Under the pieces are notes generated by a model, which was not told where the DNA came from, searched no databases, and saw only the letters and a list, made by a program, of their open reading frames with translations. A stretch of 64,000 nt of DNA, from IMG/VR virus record IMGVR_UViG_3300027749_000089, positions 10,799-74,798 of that record. One strand, written 5' to 3'. Origin of the DNA: a virus. The translations under genes and the position numbers were made by a program. This document shows, piece after piece, positions 8,823 through 20,118 of this stretch (the stretch's first letter is position 1; each line of letters begins with the position of its first letter).

Positions 8823-9396
8823 AAGCAAAATTAATGCACCAACAACTGATTTAGTTACAGATACAGGTAGTGTATTATGGTCATTTATTAAGGGTGAGCA
8901 ATTAGAATTTCCTATTACACTTAAATTTTTAGATGATGCTACTGCTGGTTATACATATGAAGCTGTAGTAATTGAAGCAGATAATGCTAATAATAAAGGA
9001 TTACCTACAGCAGCATTAACTAGTGGTGTACAAACAACAATCGCTACTAGAATACCTACTAATCGCGGTACATGGGGTGCAGCACAAGCTTATAACAGAG
9101 AAGATGTAGTGTTATACAATGGTGTATATTATCGATTATATGATGGCTTGATTCGTGTTAGCGCATTAACGCCTGATTTAGATGCTACGTGGATTACTAC
9201 TCAATTAAATAAAATATATATTAGATTTCCTAGTACATTAGGCTATACATGGGTTACACAGCCGATAGTTGCTAAGTCGTCTTATGGATTCTTTGAGTTA
9301 AGAGTCACTGAGAACAGTGCTACATTTCCTCGTACATGGAAACCTGTTCGTGGCTTAGTTGAAATTCAATTCAGTCCAACGGATCTAGTGCCATGA
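8815..9396 (+). CDS. putative virion structural protein
   Basis: Contains RGTW.AAQAYNREDVVLYNG (carbohydrate-binding-like repeat seen in fibre proteins). Confidence 0.55.
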   Translation: MARSKINAPTTDLVTDTGSVLWSFIKGEQLEFPITLKFLDDATAGYTYEAVVIEADNANNKGLPTAALTSGVQTTIATRIPTNRGTWGAAQAYNREDVVLYNGVYYRLYDGLIRVSALTPDLDATWITTQLNKIYIRFPSTLGYTWVTQPIVAKSSYGFFELRVTENSATFPRTWKPVRGLVEIQFSPTDLVP

Positions 9397-10295
9397 GTGA
9401 ACAACTAGATACTGATTTAGTATTCAGTGAAATAATTACTGATGCTATAATAAATGAAATAACTGCTAATGATGTAGTGACAGATATTGTTACAGATACA
9501 TCATCAATAGAGTTAGAGGCTCTATATGCTACTTTAGAATTACTTTCTACAGTTATTACTCCAGAATTAGTATCTAGTGTGTCCACTAATGAAATAACTG
9601 CTATAGAAGTTATAAATGAAAGTATAGCCAATTTAGTTGATAAAGACATTATTGGCAATAAAGCTAACTTAGCTGAAAACACAGCAATGTTAGTAGGTGC
9701 CTTTCAATATTTTCCAGAAAAATTATCATCAACTGAATCATTAGTAAAAATACTGCAATACAATAGAGAGTTATTTGAAGAATTCCAAATACCTGAAGAA
9801 ATATCTTTACAGCTTACTTCTAAGACACTTGATGAATTTTTTAAACGTGAAGAAATAACTTTAAATCCTACCGCCAATAAAGAAGATATTGTAATGATAT
9901 CGGAACTGGTCACTGAAGAACTAATTAAAACATTAGTAAAATTCTTTAATGATGAAGTTCGTGCTATTGAATTTATCGATTATTATGCAGGTAATTCTCG
10001 TGGCGGTCACGATGGTAAAAGAAGTGTAGATGATGTTTCTATGCAACCTGTACTTAATCGTGCAGATTCTAAAAATAGTGTAGACTCATTTCTAAAGACT
10101 ATTTATAAAAATATACAAGAATCTATACATGTGCTTGATAATATAATAGCTATTGGCGATGTTTCCGAAATCACCTCTGGAGTGGACGACTCTAAACAAA
10201 TTAGGGGTACATTGCAAATATTCCTACAAAATTACTTTGCTGAAGATTATGTCAGTTTTGACTATGTTGCAAGCGACTACACAATTCAAGGATAA
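9393..10295 (+). CDS. acidic putative structural protein
   Basis: Long ORF ending in NYFAEDYV-type motif within fibre block. Confidence 0.55.
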   Translation: MSEQLDTDLVFSEIITDAIINEITANDVVTDIVTDTSSIELEALYATLELLSTVITPELVSSVSTNEITAIEVINESIANLVDKDIIGNKANLAENTAMLVGAFQYFPEKLSSTESLVKILQYNRELFEEFQIPEEISLQLTSKTLDEFFKREEITLNPTANKEDIVMISELVTEELIKTLVKFFNDEVRAIEFIDYYAGNSRGGHDGKRSVDDVSMQPVLNRADSKNSVDSFLKTIYKNIQESIHVLDNIIAIGDVSEITSGVDDSKQIRGTLQIFLQNYFAEDYVSFDYVASDYTIQG

Positions 10296-10297
10296 AA

Positions 10298-10753
10298 ATG
10301 TTAACTGAAGAAATTAAGGCTTTAGGGACAGTGTCCTTTGAGCTTACAGATGAATTCGGTAATGTGAAAGACTCTGGTTCTAATAACTTAATTGTTAACA
10401 CAGGCCTTAGTTATATTACTAATCGAATTTTACAAAATAGCACAGCACCCGTTGCTTATATGGCTTTGGGCACAGGCACAACAGCTGCACAATTAACTAA
10501 TACAGGATTGGAAATACCACTAGGCGCTCGTATGCCAATTACAGCAAATACACAAGTTACTACTAATGTATTAAATGATTCTGTACAATATACATGTGCA
10601 TTTCCTGCTGGTATTGCTACAGGTGGTATTACAGAAGCAGCTTTATTTAATGCTGAAGCAGGAGGCATAATGGTAGCTAGAACAGTATTCCCTGTCATCA
10701 ACAAAGGCCCGCTAGATGTATTAGCGATTGTTTGGAAAATTACAATTTACTAA
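10298..10753 (+). CDS. putative tail fibre-associated structural protein (paralog 1)
   Basis: NLIVNTG...MALGTG...TEAALFNA..GG.M.ART.F..I.KGP.D.L.I.WK. Confidence 0.7.
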   Translation: MLTEEIKALGTVSFELTDEFGNVKDSGSNNLIVNTGLSYITNRILQNSTAPVAYMALGTGTTAAQLTNTGLEIPLGARMPITANTQVTTNVLNDSVQYTCAFPAGIATGGITEAALFNAEAGGIMVARTVFPVINKGPLDVLAIVWKITIY

Positions 10754-10762
10754 GGATTAAAA

Positions 10763-11221
10763 ATGATTAATGATTCGTTAGAGGCCAAAGGATATGTGGA
10801 GCTTGTTGTTACAGACCCTAATGGCAATGTTAAAGAAAAGAAAGTTTCAAATACTGTCGTCAATACTGGTAAGCTATTTATGGTAAATAGATTATTACCA
10901 ATAACATCTGACACTGTTGCATATAGTATTGGTGTAGGTAGTGATGACACAGCTGTGGCACCAAATCAAGTAGGTTTAATAGCCGCGTTAGGTGCTAGAA
11001 TCGCTTCTGTAACCCCTGTCTTGGCCATGACTACAATAGCTAATGATAGTGTTCAATTAGAAGCCAATATCGGAGTAGGCGCAACGACTCTTCTTATTAA
11101 AGAAGCGGGTCTATTCTCTGCGTTAACAGGTGGTGTAATGTTAGCTCGTACCACATTTGGGTTAATAACAAAAGGGCCTGAAGATACATTGACTATTACT
11201 TGGAAACTCCAACAAGCCTAA
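10763..11221 (+). CDS. putative tail fibre-associated structural protein (paralog 2)
   Basis: Same motif series as 10298..10753. Confidence 0.7.
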   Translation: MINDSLEAKGYVELVVTDPNGNVKEKKVSNTVVNTGKLFMVNRLLPITSDTVAYSIGVGSDDTAVAPNQVGLIAALGARIASVTPVLAMTTIANDSVQLEANIGVGATTLLIKEAGLFSALTGGVMLARTTFGLITKGPEDTLTITWKLQQA

Positions 11222-11230
11222 GGAATAGCT

Positions 11231-11998
11231 ATGTCTTCACTCATCACAAGAGCTGGCAAAGGCAGTCCCTTAACCAATGATGAGATGGACGCCAATCTTA
11301 CATATCTTGAGAATAAATCAGCTAAAGCTAATTTAGGGTTTAAATCAGAACGCCTTATTGTCATTGACGGTAAAATAAAGCCTTTCTCAAAACCTAAAAA
11401 TAATATATCATGGAATTGGCTTTTAACTGATACAATGACACCATTATTACCTGGTGAATATCAAAATACTTATCTATTAACTAATAGTAGTTATAATGGT
11501 AGAGAAATCCTCATTACCTATGCGTATGATTTTACTCCGATTAATATTAAAGATACTATAACATGTTATGACAATATTGCAGTTGAAGTCCGAACTCAAA
11601 GACCTCTCTATGATTCGAGTACTTTATCTGAAAAATCAACTTTCAATTTAAATAAAAGACTATTAAGTACTTATTCGATTGTTGATAATTCTTTTAGAGA
11701 TATACAGTCTAACGTAAAAGATACTGCACTGAGTTCAGACTCTGTCAATAAAGATATAAGCCTTATTTCGAAATCGCAAGGCATCGCCTATGACATTATG
11801 CAAAGTCAATCTGCAGATCATACTTTACCTCAAGATATTGCATATTTAAGTGATACAATTACATACGTATTAGTTGCAGGCGAGTTTGCTATTATAACAG
11901 ATTTAGGTTATGTATATTTAACTCCAGATATCACACGAGATTATGGCTTTATTACTGAAGCCTCTACAAAAACATTTGACTATGGTACCCTATTATGA
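11231..11998 (+). CDS. fibre-type structural protein
   Basis: N-terminal TRAGKGSPLTNDEMDANLTYL motif common at the start of phage fibre proteins. Confidence 0.6.
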   Translation: MSSLITRAGKGSPLTNDEMDANLTYLENKSAKANLGFKSERLIVIDGKIKPFSKPKNNISWNWLLTDTMTPLLPGEYQNTYLLTNSSYNGREILITYAYDFTPINIKDTITCYDNIAVEVRTQRPLYDSSTLSEKSTFNLNKRLLSTYSIVDNSFRDIQSNVKDTALSSDSVNKDISLISKSQGIAYDIMQSQSADHTLPQDIAYLSDTITYVLVAGEFAIITDLGYVYLTPDITRDYGFITEASTKTFDYGTLL

Positions 11999-13521
11999 CA
12001 ACCGTCGCAGTTCAATCTAGACGCGGTACTACAACTGAACATACAACATTTACAGGTCTTATAGGTGAGTCTACCATAGACACAACAAAGCACACAGTTG
12101 TGGTACACGATGGCAGTACACCGGGTGGTTTCCCTTTACAAAAAGAGTTATCATCTGGACAAAATATAAAAACAATTAACGGAACAACCATCCTTGGTTC
12201 TGGAAATATCACCTTACTTGCAGCAATCCCTGCAGCGACAACTTCTATTCTTGGTGGTGTTAAGGTTGATGGTACAACCATTACAATAAATGGAGCTGGT
12301 ACTATAACAGCTATTGGTGGTGGTGGAGGTCTTTCACCTACAGGCATTAAGACTGCTGCATATACAGCGGCTAAAAACGAATTAGTTAGATGTAATACTA
12401 CAGCTGGAGCTTTTTCAGTTAGTATGCCATCGACACCAACAGACGGAGATATTGTAGGTGTTGTGGATATTTATAACACTTTTACAGCTAATAAACTTAC
12501 TGTATTGCCAAATGGCGGTACTATTGAAGGCGATGCAACTTCATTAATTTTAGACATTAGCGGTGCTTCTGTTTCTTTTGTGTATAATCAAGCAACAACT
12601 AATTGGAGATTGTTAGAAACACCAACAGCTGCCGTAAGTCCTCCTGCTGCGGTTACGTCTGTTGCGGCACCAACTATTACTGCAACAGGGACCGATATTA
12701 CAACTTCGGTAGTTACAAGTACATCGACTCCAGTAATTACGATTAATATACCTAGCGCTAGCGCAACGGCTAGAGGTGTCTTAACAGCCGCTGATTGGAG
12801 TACTTTTAATAGCAAACAGGTTGCTTTAGTTAGCGGCACTAATGTAAAAACAGTCAATGGTAGTTCTATACTAGGCTCAGGTGATTTAACAATTGCTGGT
12901 GTAACTTCAGTAGCTGCATTAACAATCGGTAATACAGGTACGGATATAACATCTAGTGTAGCCACAAGCACATCGACTCCAGTAATTACGATTAATATAC
13001 CTAGCGCTAGCGCAACGGCTAGAGGTCTTTTAACTTCTACTGATTGGGGTACTTTTAACTCTAAACAAGCAGCTATTACTTTTGGCACTAATGTTTTAAC
13101 CTTTATTGGAACTCCATCTAGTGCTAATTTATCAGCCGCTATTACGGATGAAACTGGTTCTGGCTCTTTAGTATTTGCCACAAGTCCATCTTTAACAACG
13201 CCAACAACTATAGGATTGAAAGGTACTAAAATAGCTATGCCAGCTAATGATATTAATTTAGCTACTGGTGATTATTTTACTAAAACTATTTCCTCAGCCG
13301 TTACACTTACAGTATCTAATGTTCCTACTGCCGGAACTGTAGCTAGTTTTATCTTAGATTTAATAAATGGTGGAGCAGCAACTATTACTTGGTGGACTAC
13401 TAAATGGGCTGGGGGGATAGCTCCTACATTGACTGCTGCGGGTAGAGATAGTTTAGGGTTCTTTACCCATGATGGTGGAACTACTTGGACAGGGTTAGTT
13501 CTTGGAAAGGATATTAAGTAA
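11995..13521 (+). CDS. tail fibre protein with Mtd-like N-terminal domain
   Basis: QSRRGTTTEHTTFTGLIGE.TIDT.K...VVHDG.T.GG.PL; Thr/Gly-rich internal repeats. Confidence 0.8.
   Translation: MTTVAVQSRRGTTTEHTTFTGLIGESTIDTTKHTVVVHDGSTPGGFPLQKELSSGQNIKTINGTTILGSGNITLLAAIPAATTSILGGVKVDGTTITINGAGTITAIGGGGGLSPTGIKTAAYTAAKNELVRCNTTAGAFSVSMPSTPTDGDIVGVVDIYNTFTANKLTVLPNGGTIEGDATSLILDISGASVSFVYNQATTNWRLLETPTAAVSPPAAVTSVAAPTITATGTDITTSVVTSTSTPVITINIPSASATARGVLTAADWSTFNSKQVALVSGTNVKTVNGSSILGSGDLTIAGVTSVAALTIGNTGTDITSSVATSTSTPVITINIPSASATARGLLTSTDWGTFNSKQAAITFGTNVLTFIGTPSSANLSAAITDETGSGSLVFATSPSLTTPTTIGLKGTKIAMPANDINLATGDYFTKTISSAVTLTVSNVPTAGTVASFILDLINGGAATITWWTTKWAGGIAPTLTAAGRDSLGFFTHDGGTTWTGLVLGKDIK
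12721..13026 (+). repeat. 57-nt perfect direct repeat (12721-12777 and 12970-13026) in fibre gene
   Basis: ACATCGACTCCAGTAATTACGATTAATATACCTAGCGCTAGCGCAACGGCTAGAGGT occurs twice. Confidence 0.9.
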
Positions 13522-16055
13522 TGAGTGCTACTAAAGATATAATCATGGCGGGATATACACCATTATCTGATAATTTTTGGCACACTACTTTAGATACAGC
13601 TAGTGTAAATGATGTTATTTATGCTAGTGCGTATGATAGTAGCGGTAATGTCTATATTACAGGACAAGCTGGAACTGCTGATACTACTACACCTGCTTTT
13701 ATAGCTAAAGTAAACTCTTTAGGGATTCTACAATGGCAAAGAAAATTAGATTGGTCTCCTTATGTAGATACAGGAACCTCTATTAATTTAGATAGCTCTG
13801 GTAATATTTATATAATCGGTAATACAGCTAATGTAGGAGCTTTTATTGCTAAATATAGCAATAGTGGTACTATCCAATGGCAGCGTACAATTACTAAGGC
13901 TCCTGGAGTATATACAGTATATGATATTATTATTACAAATACAGATATTTATATTGCAGGGCAAGGTTACAACACTGTAACTTCTAAAAATTCAGCAGTT
14001 TTAATCAAATATAATACTAGCGGTACTTTACAATGGTCTAAAGGTCTTTCAGGGTTTTCTGATGTGTCAATAGGAAGGTCAATATCTATAGATACTACTG
14101 GAAATATTTACCTAGCTGGCGACTATTTTATGAGTAGTTCTGTGTATGGGGTATTTTTAAGTAAATTTAACGCAGAAGGAACTTTATTAGCTCTTATTAA
14201 ATTTTCAGTACCTACTTCAGATTGTGTTGTAGGTAAAATACAAGTTAATAGTATTGATAACTCTATTTATCTAGTTATGACCGAATCACTAGTATCAGGG
14301 TACTCTTCAACTTATATAATTAAAACAGATTCTTCATTAATTTTACAATGGCAACGTAAATTAACTAAAACAAATTCTACGTTTAATTTAAAAAGTGTTT
14401 CTACCGATTCTGCAGGTAATGTCTATGCTGCTGGAAATTTGAGTAGTAATTCTTTAGGTTATATTTATAAGTACTCGCCTAGTGGTACTATAATTTGGGT
14501 TAGAAATTGGTATTGGTCTGGAGATTATCAACCAGAACTTTACGATATAAATTGTGCTAATGATACCGCTATGTATATAACGGGTTCTATGAAAGTAGGA
14601 ACTATAGCAGTTATTTCTAAATTACCCCAAGATGGTTCACTACAAGGAGTTGCAACTGTAGGTACTTTACCTATTACTTATAATAGCACGGTAACTTTAA
14701 CTGATAGTGCTGGCAATGCTAGCGTAAGCAATAATATCAGTGCGTGGTTAGCTAAATCATTAACACCTTCTGGGCTAGCAACTCCTAATAAATTTAAAAT
14801 AATTGGGGATACTGGATGTATTCTTGGAGGTTATAGCCCTACGTATGCCACTAGTGCCTGCTCTCGTTTTAATTCAAATGGTAGCATTTTAAATTCTTTT
14901 ACAATGGCAAGTCCTCCTTCTGTATTTACAGAATCTACAACAGATAGTTCTGGTAATATTTATATTAGTGGTACTGGGACTGCAAAATTTATAGCTAAAT
15001 ATACTTCTGCTGGTATAGTTGTATTTATTAGAAATATGACAGCTATAGGTACTGTCAGATGTATGGGAATGGTTACAGATTCGTCTAATAATGTATATTC
15101 TTTAATTTCTTCTGCTTATGGTGCTAGCACAGCAGATACAACTATTTTAATTAAATATGATTCTACAGGAACTATTTTATGGAAACGTACCTTATACCTA
15201 ACAGATAGAAACGTATCCTCTTTAAAACTTTGTATTGCAAATAATAATTTATATATTGGTAGCAATATTTATACAACTGGTACTCAGGCACCATCTATAG
15301 GCTTACTTACTAAATATAATAGTAGTGGGGTACTGCAATGGAAAGTTAACTTTACTACAGTCATGATTTTATCTGATATTATAGTAGATTCTTTTGAAAA
15401 TATTTATGTTGCAGGTTCAAGTAGTGGTTATTTGCAATCCTATCTTATAAAATTTGATAATACAGGAGCAATTATATCTACTGTTACAACCGTTAGTTAT
15501 AATAATTATCTTACTATAGATTCTTTAGGTAATATCTATATTACTGGGGTGGATTTAAATAATTATAATTATATAGCTATTTCTAAATTTAACTCTACAG
15601 GAACTTTACAATTTGTTAGAAATTTATATGTACCATCTAAAACTTGTACGTCTCTTGGAATTGGTATGACTTCTACGAATGATATTATGATAGGAGGTAC
15701 TTTAAATAATGATTTTCCTGGGCAAGTTGGTTTTGTAGCTAAATTGCCTTCCGATGGTAGTTTAATGGGAACACTATCAGCGGGCACACCTAATATTATA
15801 TATGCGTCAGAAACTGCAACATCTACAGCTGTTGCAGGATTAGCTACTACTAGTTCTTCCGTTTTAGAAGCTGCTGATACAAGTTACTCTGAATCAACTT
15901 ATACCGGAGGTGCTATAACCTATGCTTCTTCTGGAACTTTTAGTGTAATTTCAGTAAATGATAATATAACAGTATCAACATTAACCACCACAGAAGCTGC
16001 AGGTTCCTTAACTGAGTCTGCTGGAAATATGACAACCGCTAATTTAAAACTTTAA
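13521..16055 (+). CDS. beta-propeller repeat protein (SBBP-like), putative receptor-binding protein
   Basis: Many DSSGNIY..G / KY.S.G.LQW repeats; two halves each ending KLP.DGSL.G. Confidence 0.75.
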   Translation: MSATKDIIMAGYTPLSDNFWHTTLDTASVNDVIYASAYDSSGNVYITGQAGTADTTTPAFIAKVNSLGILQWQRKLDWSPYVDTGTSINLDSSGNIYIIGNTANVGAFIAKYSNSGTIQWQRTITKAPGVYTVYDIIITNTDIYIAGQGYNTVTSKNSAVLIKYNTSGTLQWSKGLSGFSDVSIGRSISIDTTGNIYLAGDYFMSSSVYGVFLSKFNAEGTLLALIKFSVPTSDCVVGKIQVNSIDNSIYLVMTESLVSGYSSTYIIKTDSSLILQWQRKLTKTNSTFNLKSVSTDSAGNVYAAGNLSSNSLGYIYKYSPSGTIIWVRNWYWSGDYQPELYDINCANDTAMYITGSMKVGTIAVISKLPQDGSLQGVATVGTLPITYNSTVTLTDSAGNASVSNNISAWLAKSLTPSGLATPNKFKIIGDTGCILGGYSPTYATSACSRFNSNGSILNSFTMASPPSVFTESTTDSSGNIYISGTGTAKFIAKYTSAGIVVFIRNMTAIGTVRCMGMVTDSSNNVYSLISSAYGASTADTTILIKYDSTGTILWKRTLYLTDRNVSSLKLCIANNNLYIGSNIYTTGTQAPSIGLLTKYNSSGVLQWKVNFTTVMILSDIIVDSFENIYVAGSSSGYLQSYLIKFDNTGAIISTVTTVSYNNYLTIDSLGNIYITGVDLNNYNYIAISKFNSTGTLQFVRNLYVPSKTCTSLGIGMTSTNDIMIGGTLNNDFPGQVGFVAKLPSDGSLMGTLSAGTPNIIYASETATSTAVAGLATTSSSVLEAADTSYSESTYTGGAITYASSGTFSVISVNDNITVSTLTTTEAAGSLTESAGNMTTANLKL

Positions 16056-16064
16056 GGCAATAAA

Positions 16065-16517
16065 ATGCAAGTAGCTATTGTAAATAATAATGAAATATCT
16101 AGTATAGATTCAATTTATACTTTATTCCCAAATGTATCTTTTCCGGTAACAGGAGTTGATAATGCTTTTTTAACTGACCATTCTTTATTACCTCTTCAAG
16201 TTTGGGAAGTTTTTGATAGTACTACTGAAAAATTAGTAAATTGTCAACCCTATATTAAGGATGGTAAAGTTTTTACTTATATAAAAGAGACAAAAACTCA
16301 AGAAGAACTTATAGCTGATTTAGAGCTTACTAGTCTAAGAACTGTAGATGATATTAGATTTAAACGTAACCAATTACTTAAAGATTCAGACTGGACTCAA
16401 GTAGCTGACGCTCCTGTGGATAAAGAAGCATGGGCTACTTATAGACAAGAACTTAGAGATATAACATCTCAAACAGGATTTCCTGACAACATTATATTTC
16501 CTTCACCACCTAACTAG
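16065..16517 (+). CDS. tail fibre assembly chaperone
   Basis: [17 protein letters not shown]...[15 protein letters not shown] motif. Confidence 0.8.
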   Translation: MQVAIVNNNEISSIDSIYTLFPNVSFPVTGVDNAFLTDHSLLPLQVWEVFDSTTEKLVNCQPYIKDGKVFTYIKETKTQEELIADLELTSLRTVDDIRFKRNQLLKDSDWTQVADAPVDKEAWATYRQELRDITSQTGFPDNIIFPSPPN

Positions 16518-16525
16518 GAGAAATC

Positions 16526-17257
16526 ATGGCTAAAAATTTATCAGATATTCTCCGTGGTGCTAATTATGGGACATTGCCTATAATTAATGGGGGTACAGGG
16601 GTAACTACTTCTACTGGTAGTGGAAATCTAGTATTTTCTATATCACCAACTTTAGTAACTCCTATTTTAGGAACACCTGCAAGTGGGATTTTAACTAGTT
16701 GTACAGGATTACCTTTAACTACAGGTATAACTGGTATATTACCTATAGCTAATGGAGGTACAGGGGCAACAACTTTAGCTGGTGCAAACTTACCAGTAAC
16801 AAATGTAGCAAATACCTTTACAGGTACACAGACTTTTAGTGGAACATCAACTACACTAGCGGCTATATTAACTAATGCGGCTGAAACTACTACGGTGTCT
16901 GCTACTGCGGCTACTGGAACGATTGCATACTATACTGCGTCACAGTCTGTAATGTACTATACAACTAATGCTTCGGCTAACTGGACTTTAAATATTAGGC
17001 ATTCAGTAGGAACTACTTTAAATACTGTAATGGCTATAGGTCAAACTGTTACAGCTACTTTTATGGTAACTCAAGGCACTACAGCATTTTATAATAACGT
17101 AGTACAAGTAGATGGAACAACGGTAACACCTAAATGGCAAGGGGGTTCAGCACCAACAACCGGCAATGGAAGTTCTATTGATGTTTATACCTATGCTATT
17201 ACAAAAACTGCTGCTGCGACATTTACTGTCTTAGCTGCTGTTACTAAATTTGCTTAA
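16526..17257 (+). CDS. tail fibre-like protein
   Basis: GTLPI.NGGTG repeats; C-terminal KWQGG.AP...D.Y domain. Confidence 0.7.
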   Translation: MAKNLSDILRGANYGTLPIINGGTGVTTSTGSGNLVFSISPTLVTPILGTPASGILTSCTGLPLTTGITGILPIANGGTGATTLAGANLPVTNVANTFTGTQTFSGTSTTLAAILTNAAETTTVSATAATGTIAYYTASQSVMYYTTNASANWTLNIRHSVGTTLNTVMAIGQTVTATFMVTQGTTAFYNNVVQVDGTTVTPKWQGGSAPTTGNGSSIDVYTYAITKTAAATFTVLAAVTKFA

Positions 17258-17266
17258 GGATTATTT

Positions 17267-18331
17267 ATGCCTTTAATTTCAAGTTTAGGTTTAATGAATG
17301 CTATAGGATTTTGGTTTAGTAGTTTAAAATACCCACCGTCGATAGCGATGAGTTCTATGAATGCACCATACCAAGATATTTACCCTTGGGTAACAGGCGT
17401 AGGTTTTGGTGTAAGGTTTACAAATCCAACAACCACAATGGCTATAGGTGCTAAAGGGTTTTCATTTAACACTAACTCATCTGTTGTTTCGTTTGGTATG
17501 AATGGTTCTCCTTTTATAACTACTTATAAGTGGAGTCCTTTAGGGTATGGGACAAAATATATTGACCCGTCACCTTCTTTTACTGGAGGGTCAAATGGTC
17601 CTGTATTTAACCCTGTAGGTGATACTATTGCTATAGGGCAAACAGCAACACCTTTTATTGGCGCATACCCTTGGAATGATACTACAGGTTATGGTACAAA
17701 ATATGCTGACCCTTCTATATTGCCAGCCAGCACAGGGAACGCCATTGCTTTTTCTCCCAATGGAAATGATATATTTCTTGGGCATACTACTACCCCAAAT
17801 ATGACTGCTTATGCTTGGAGTTCTGGGTTTGGTACAAAATACGCTAACCCCGCATCTGCGCTTTCCGGAAGAGGTCTTGCAGTAGCTATTAACACAGCAG
17901 AGAATGTATTAACAGTTGGTACAAATGGTACACCGTATGTTAATGCCTATATTTGGACAAGTGGAGTAGGGTTTGGAACTAAATATGCTGACCCTTCAAC
18001 ATTACCTACAGGAAATATCAATTCCGCAACATTTAATCCTACAGGGACGGTAGTTTCTTACGCATCAAATGCGTCTCCATATGTAATATCGTACCCTTGG
18101 AGCGCAGGTTATGGGACAAAATATACTGACCCTAGCGTATTGCCGGTAATTAGCACAGGAGCAAGCGGTGTAAGTTTTAATTCAACAGGGTCAGATATAG
18201 CAGTAGCTTCAGATGGGACAACTGCTTTAACGGTCTATCCTTGGAGCGCAGGATATGGGACTAAATATACTGACCCAACTACACTTCCAACAGGCAGCAA
18301 CGCATCCAAAGTAAGTTTTTCATCAAAGTAA
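17267..18331 (+). CDS. beta-propeller repeat protein
   Basis: About 7 repeats of Y.W..G.GTKY.DP..LP. Confidence 0.75.
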   Translation: MPLISSLGLMNAIGFWFSSLKYPPSIAMSSMNAPYQDIYPWVTGVGFGVRFTNPTTTMAIGAKGFSFNTNSSVVSFGMNGSPFITTYKWSPLGYGTKYIDPSPSFTGGSNGPVFNPVGDTIAIGQTATPFIGAYPWNDTTGYGTKYADPSILPASTGNAIAFSPNGNDIFLGHTTTPNMTAYAWSSGFGTKYANPASALSGRGLAVAINTAENVLTVGTNGTPYVNAYIWTSGVGFGTKYADPSTLPTGNINSATFNPTGTVVSYASNASPYVISYPWSAGYGTKYTDPSVLPVISTGASGVSFNSTGSDIAVASDGTTALTVYPWSAGYGTKYTDPTTLPTGSNASKVSFSSK

Positions 18332-18344
18332 TTAGGAATATAAA

Positions 18345-18761
18345 ATGTATTTAACAATAACAAACCAAGACACACTTAATATGCTTGCATTTAACATCGT
18401 GCATAGAGAAAGAGAAGTAAACGGATACCAAATTAACATTGATAATTTTACTCAAATGTTAACGGTACTTCCACAAGGTGATGTCCCTTCTGATATTGCA
18501 CAATATGTAGGCGCAAAACCGGATAATCATACAAAAATAGACGATTTACCTTTATCTTTTAGTGACGAACAAATTGATTTAATCAGTAAGTATCAATATA
18601 GAGTTGATTTAACGTTAAGGGTACGAACTGAAAAAGCCGAGCAAAATAAAGCTAAAGCGGTTTTAAATGCTTTGAAAGCTCAAATCCCTACTGACCAACT
18701 AGATGCTTTAGTTGCTGATGCTTTAGTTAAAGTTAATGCTCAATCTGCCCCTTCAGCTTAG
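18345..18761 (+). CDS. hypothetical protein (fibre block)
   Basis: AGGA RBS, 138-aa ORF. Confidence 0.65.
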   Translation: MYLTITNQDTLNMLAFNIVHREREVNGYQINIDNFTQMLTVLPQGDVPSDIAQYVGAKPDNHTKIDDLPLSFSDEQIDLISKYQYRVDLTLRVRTEKAEQNKAKAVLNALKAQIPTDQLDALVADALVKVNAQSAPSA

Positions 18762-18853
18762 CTTATAGCTGAAGTAAGATTTTAATGGAAGTATTACGCA
18801 AGGACTTTGTAAAGCCAAAGAAAACCAACTTTTAATTAATTAAGGAGTACAGT

Positions 18854-19756
18854 ATGGCTGACATGACAACACCAAATATTTTTACAATGCCACAAACTGG
18901 TGGTAACAGCGACATGGGTATGGGCGCAATTACACCTTTAATCTTAGGTGCGGCTCTTTTCGGTGGGAAAGGCGGATTGTTCGGTAACAACAGTGGCGTG
19001 GATGCAGCGGCAGCTGCAGCAGTTCATGGCGCCACCACAACAGAAGTCCAAGGTATCATAAACGGTATTAATACTATTCAAGATATTGGTTCAGTAAGAC
19101 GCGAAATCGGTGAAGTTCAAAGAGAAATCTGGAAAGCTGAAGGCGATGTACAAAATGCAGTTACGGCAAGTGCTGGAAATCTTAATAATACGATTTTACA
19201 ATCGCAAATTGCATCAATGCAAGGTCAAGCAGCTATTATGGCTTCTGTTGATATGCATGCAAGTGATTTGTCAGGTGAAATTAGCACTTCATTAGCAGCA
19301 ACTAATGCAGCTTTCGCAGTGACCAATGCAGCTATTGCGGCGGGTACAGCAGCGGCAGCATTAGCAGCTAAAGATGGTGAGATTGCAGGTTTACGTAATA
19401 CACAAATTATTACAGCAACTATTTCTGCTGATGGTAGTTTAACACGTGCCGCTATTGCAGATCTTAAAGATCAATTACCGAATGCTCGCGAATTACAATT
19501 ACAACGTGAAGTTGGTGTGTTAGAAGTTCAATTATCACGTCAATTAGCAGCTGAAAATGTTCGTTCAGGTAATGTTGATGTTATCACTAATGTTAACCAA
19601 ACAGCTACCCAAACTAACCAACAAGTCCAGATTCAAGCAATCTTGGGTGCGATTCAAGGATTGAGTCATAATCAAAGTGCAATGGCTACAAACTTGAATA
19701 TCGGAGGCTACCAACGTGGTGTTAATCAAACACCAACTAACGTTGCCGGGTTTTAA
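18854..19756 (+). CDS. Gly/Ala/Gln-rich protein with hydrophobic N-terminal segment and coiled coil
   Basis: TAAGGAG RBS; PLILGAALFGGKGGLFG. Confidence 0.7.
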   Translation: MADMTTPNIFTMPQTGGNSDMGMGAITPLILGAALFGGKGGLFGNNSGVDAAAAAAVHGATTTEVQGIINGINTIQDIGSVRREIGEVQREIWKAEGDVQNAVTASAGNLNNTILQSQIASMQGQAAIMASVDMHASDLSGEISTSLAATNAAFAVTNAAIAAGTAAAALAAKDGEIAGLRNTQIITATISADGSLTRAAIADLKDQLPNARELQLQREVGVLEVQLSRQLAAENVRSGNVDVITNVNQTATQTNQQVQIQAILGAIQGLSHNQSAMATNLNIGGYQRGVNQTPTNVAGF

Positions 19757-19770
19757 AGAGAAATCAAAAT

Positions 19771-20118
19771 ATGGACTCGTCAGTAATCCAAAGACAGATC
19801 GAGCTTCTCCAAGCACAAATGATACCCGTGAGAGCACAAGCGATGAAACGAGTAGAATCGGTGGAAGAGACGGTGAAGAGAGTTCTTCAGACAGAGATGG
19901 CGAAGTTACAACCACCTAGTTTACAAGCAGAACCTATAGTAAGTGAAGAAGGCGTTAATATGCTTTCTGCTATAGGCTCTGCCTTGACTGAAGAACAACA
20001 ACAATGGTTATCATTGCCAGAAAATCAATCCTGTATTATCGAATTCTTTTCTACAATGGAAGGGCAAGCTATAACAAGACGATTCTTTACGGCATATAAG
20101 GAATACAAATGCAAGTAG
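19771..20118 (+). CDS. hypothetical protein
   Basis: ORF in operon context. Confidence 0.6.
   Translation: MDSSVIQRQIELLQAQMIPVRAQAMKRVESVEETVKRVLQTEMAKLQPPSLQAEPIVSEEGVNMLSAIGSALTEEQQQWLSLPENQSCIIEFFSTMEGQAITRRFFTAYKEYKCK

Noticed and set aside
11995-13521. Diversity-generating retroelement suggested by the Mtd-like N-terminus and internal repeat
   Set aside because: No reverse transcriptase in the window; the repeat is identical and intragenic, without adenine-specific mismatches
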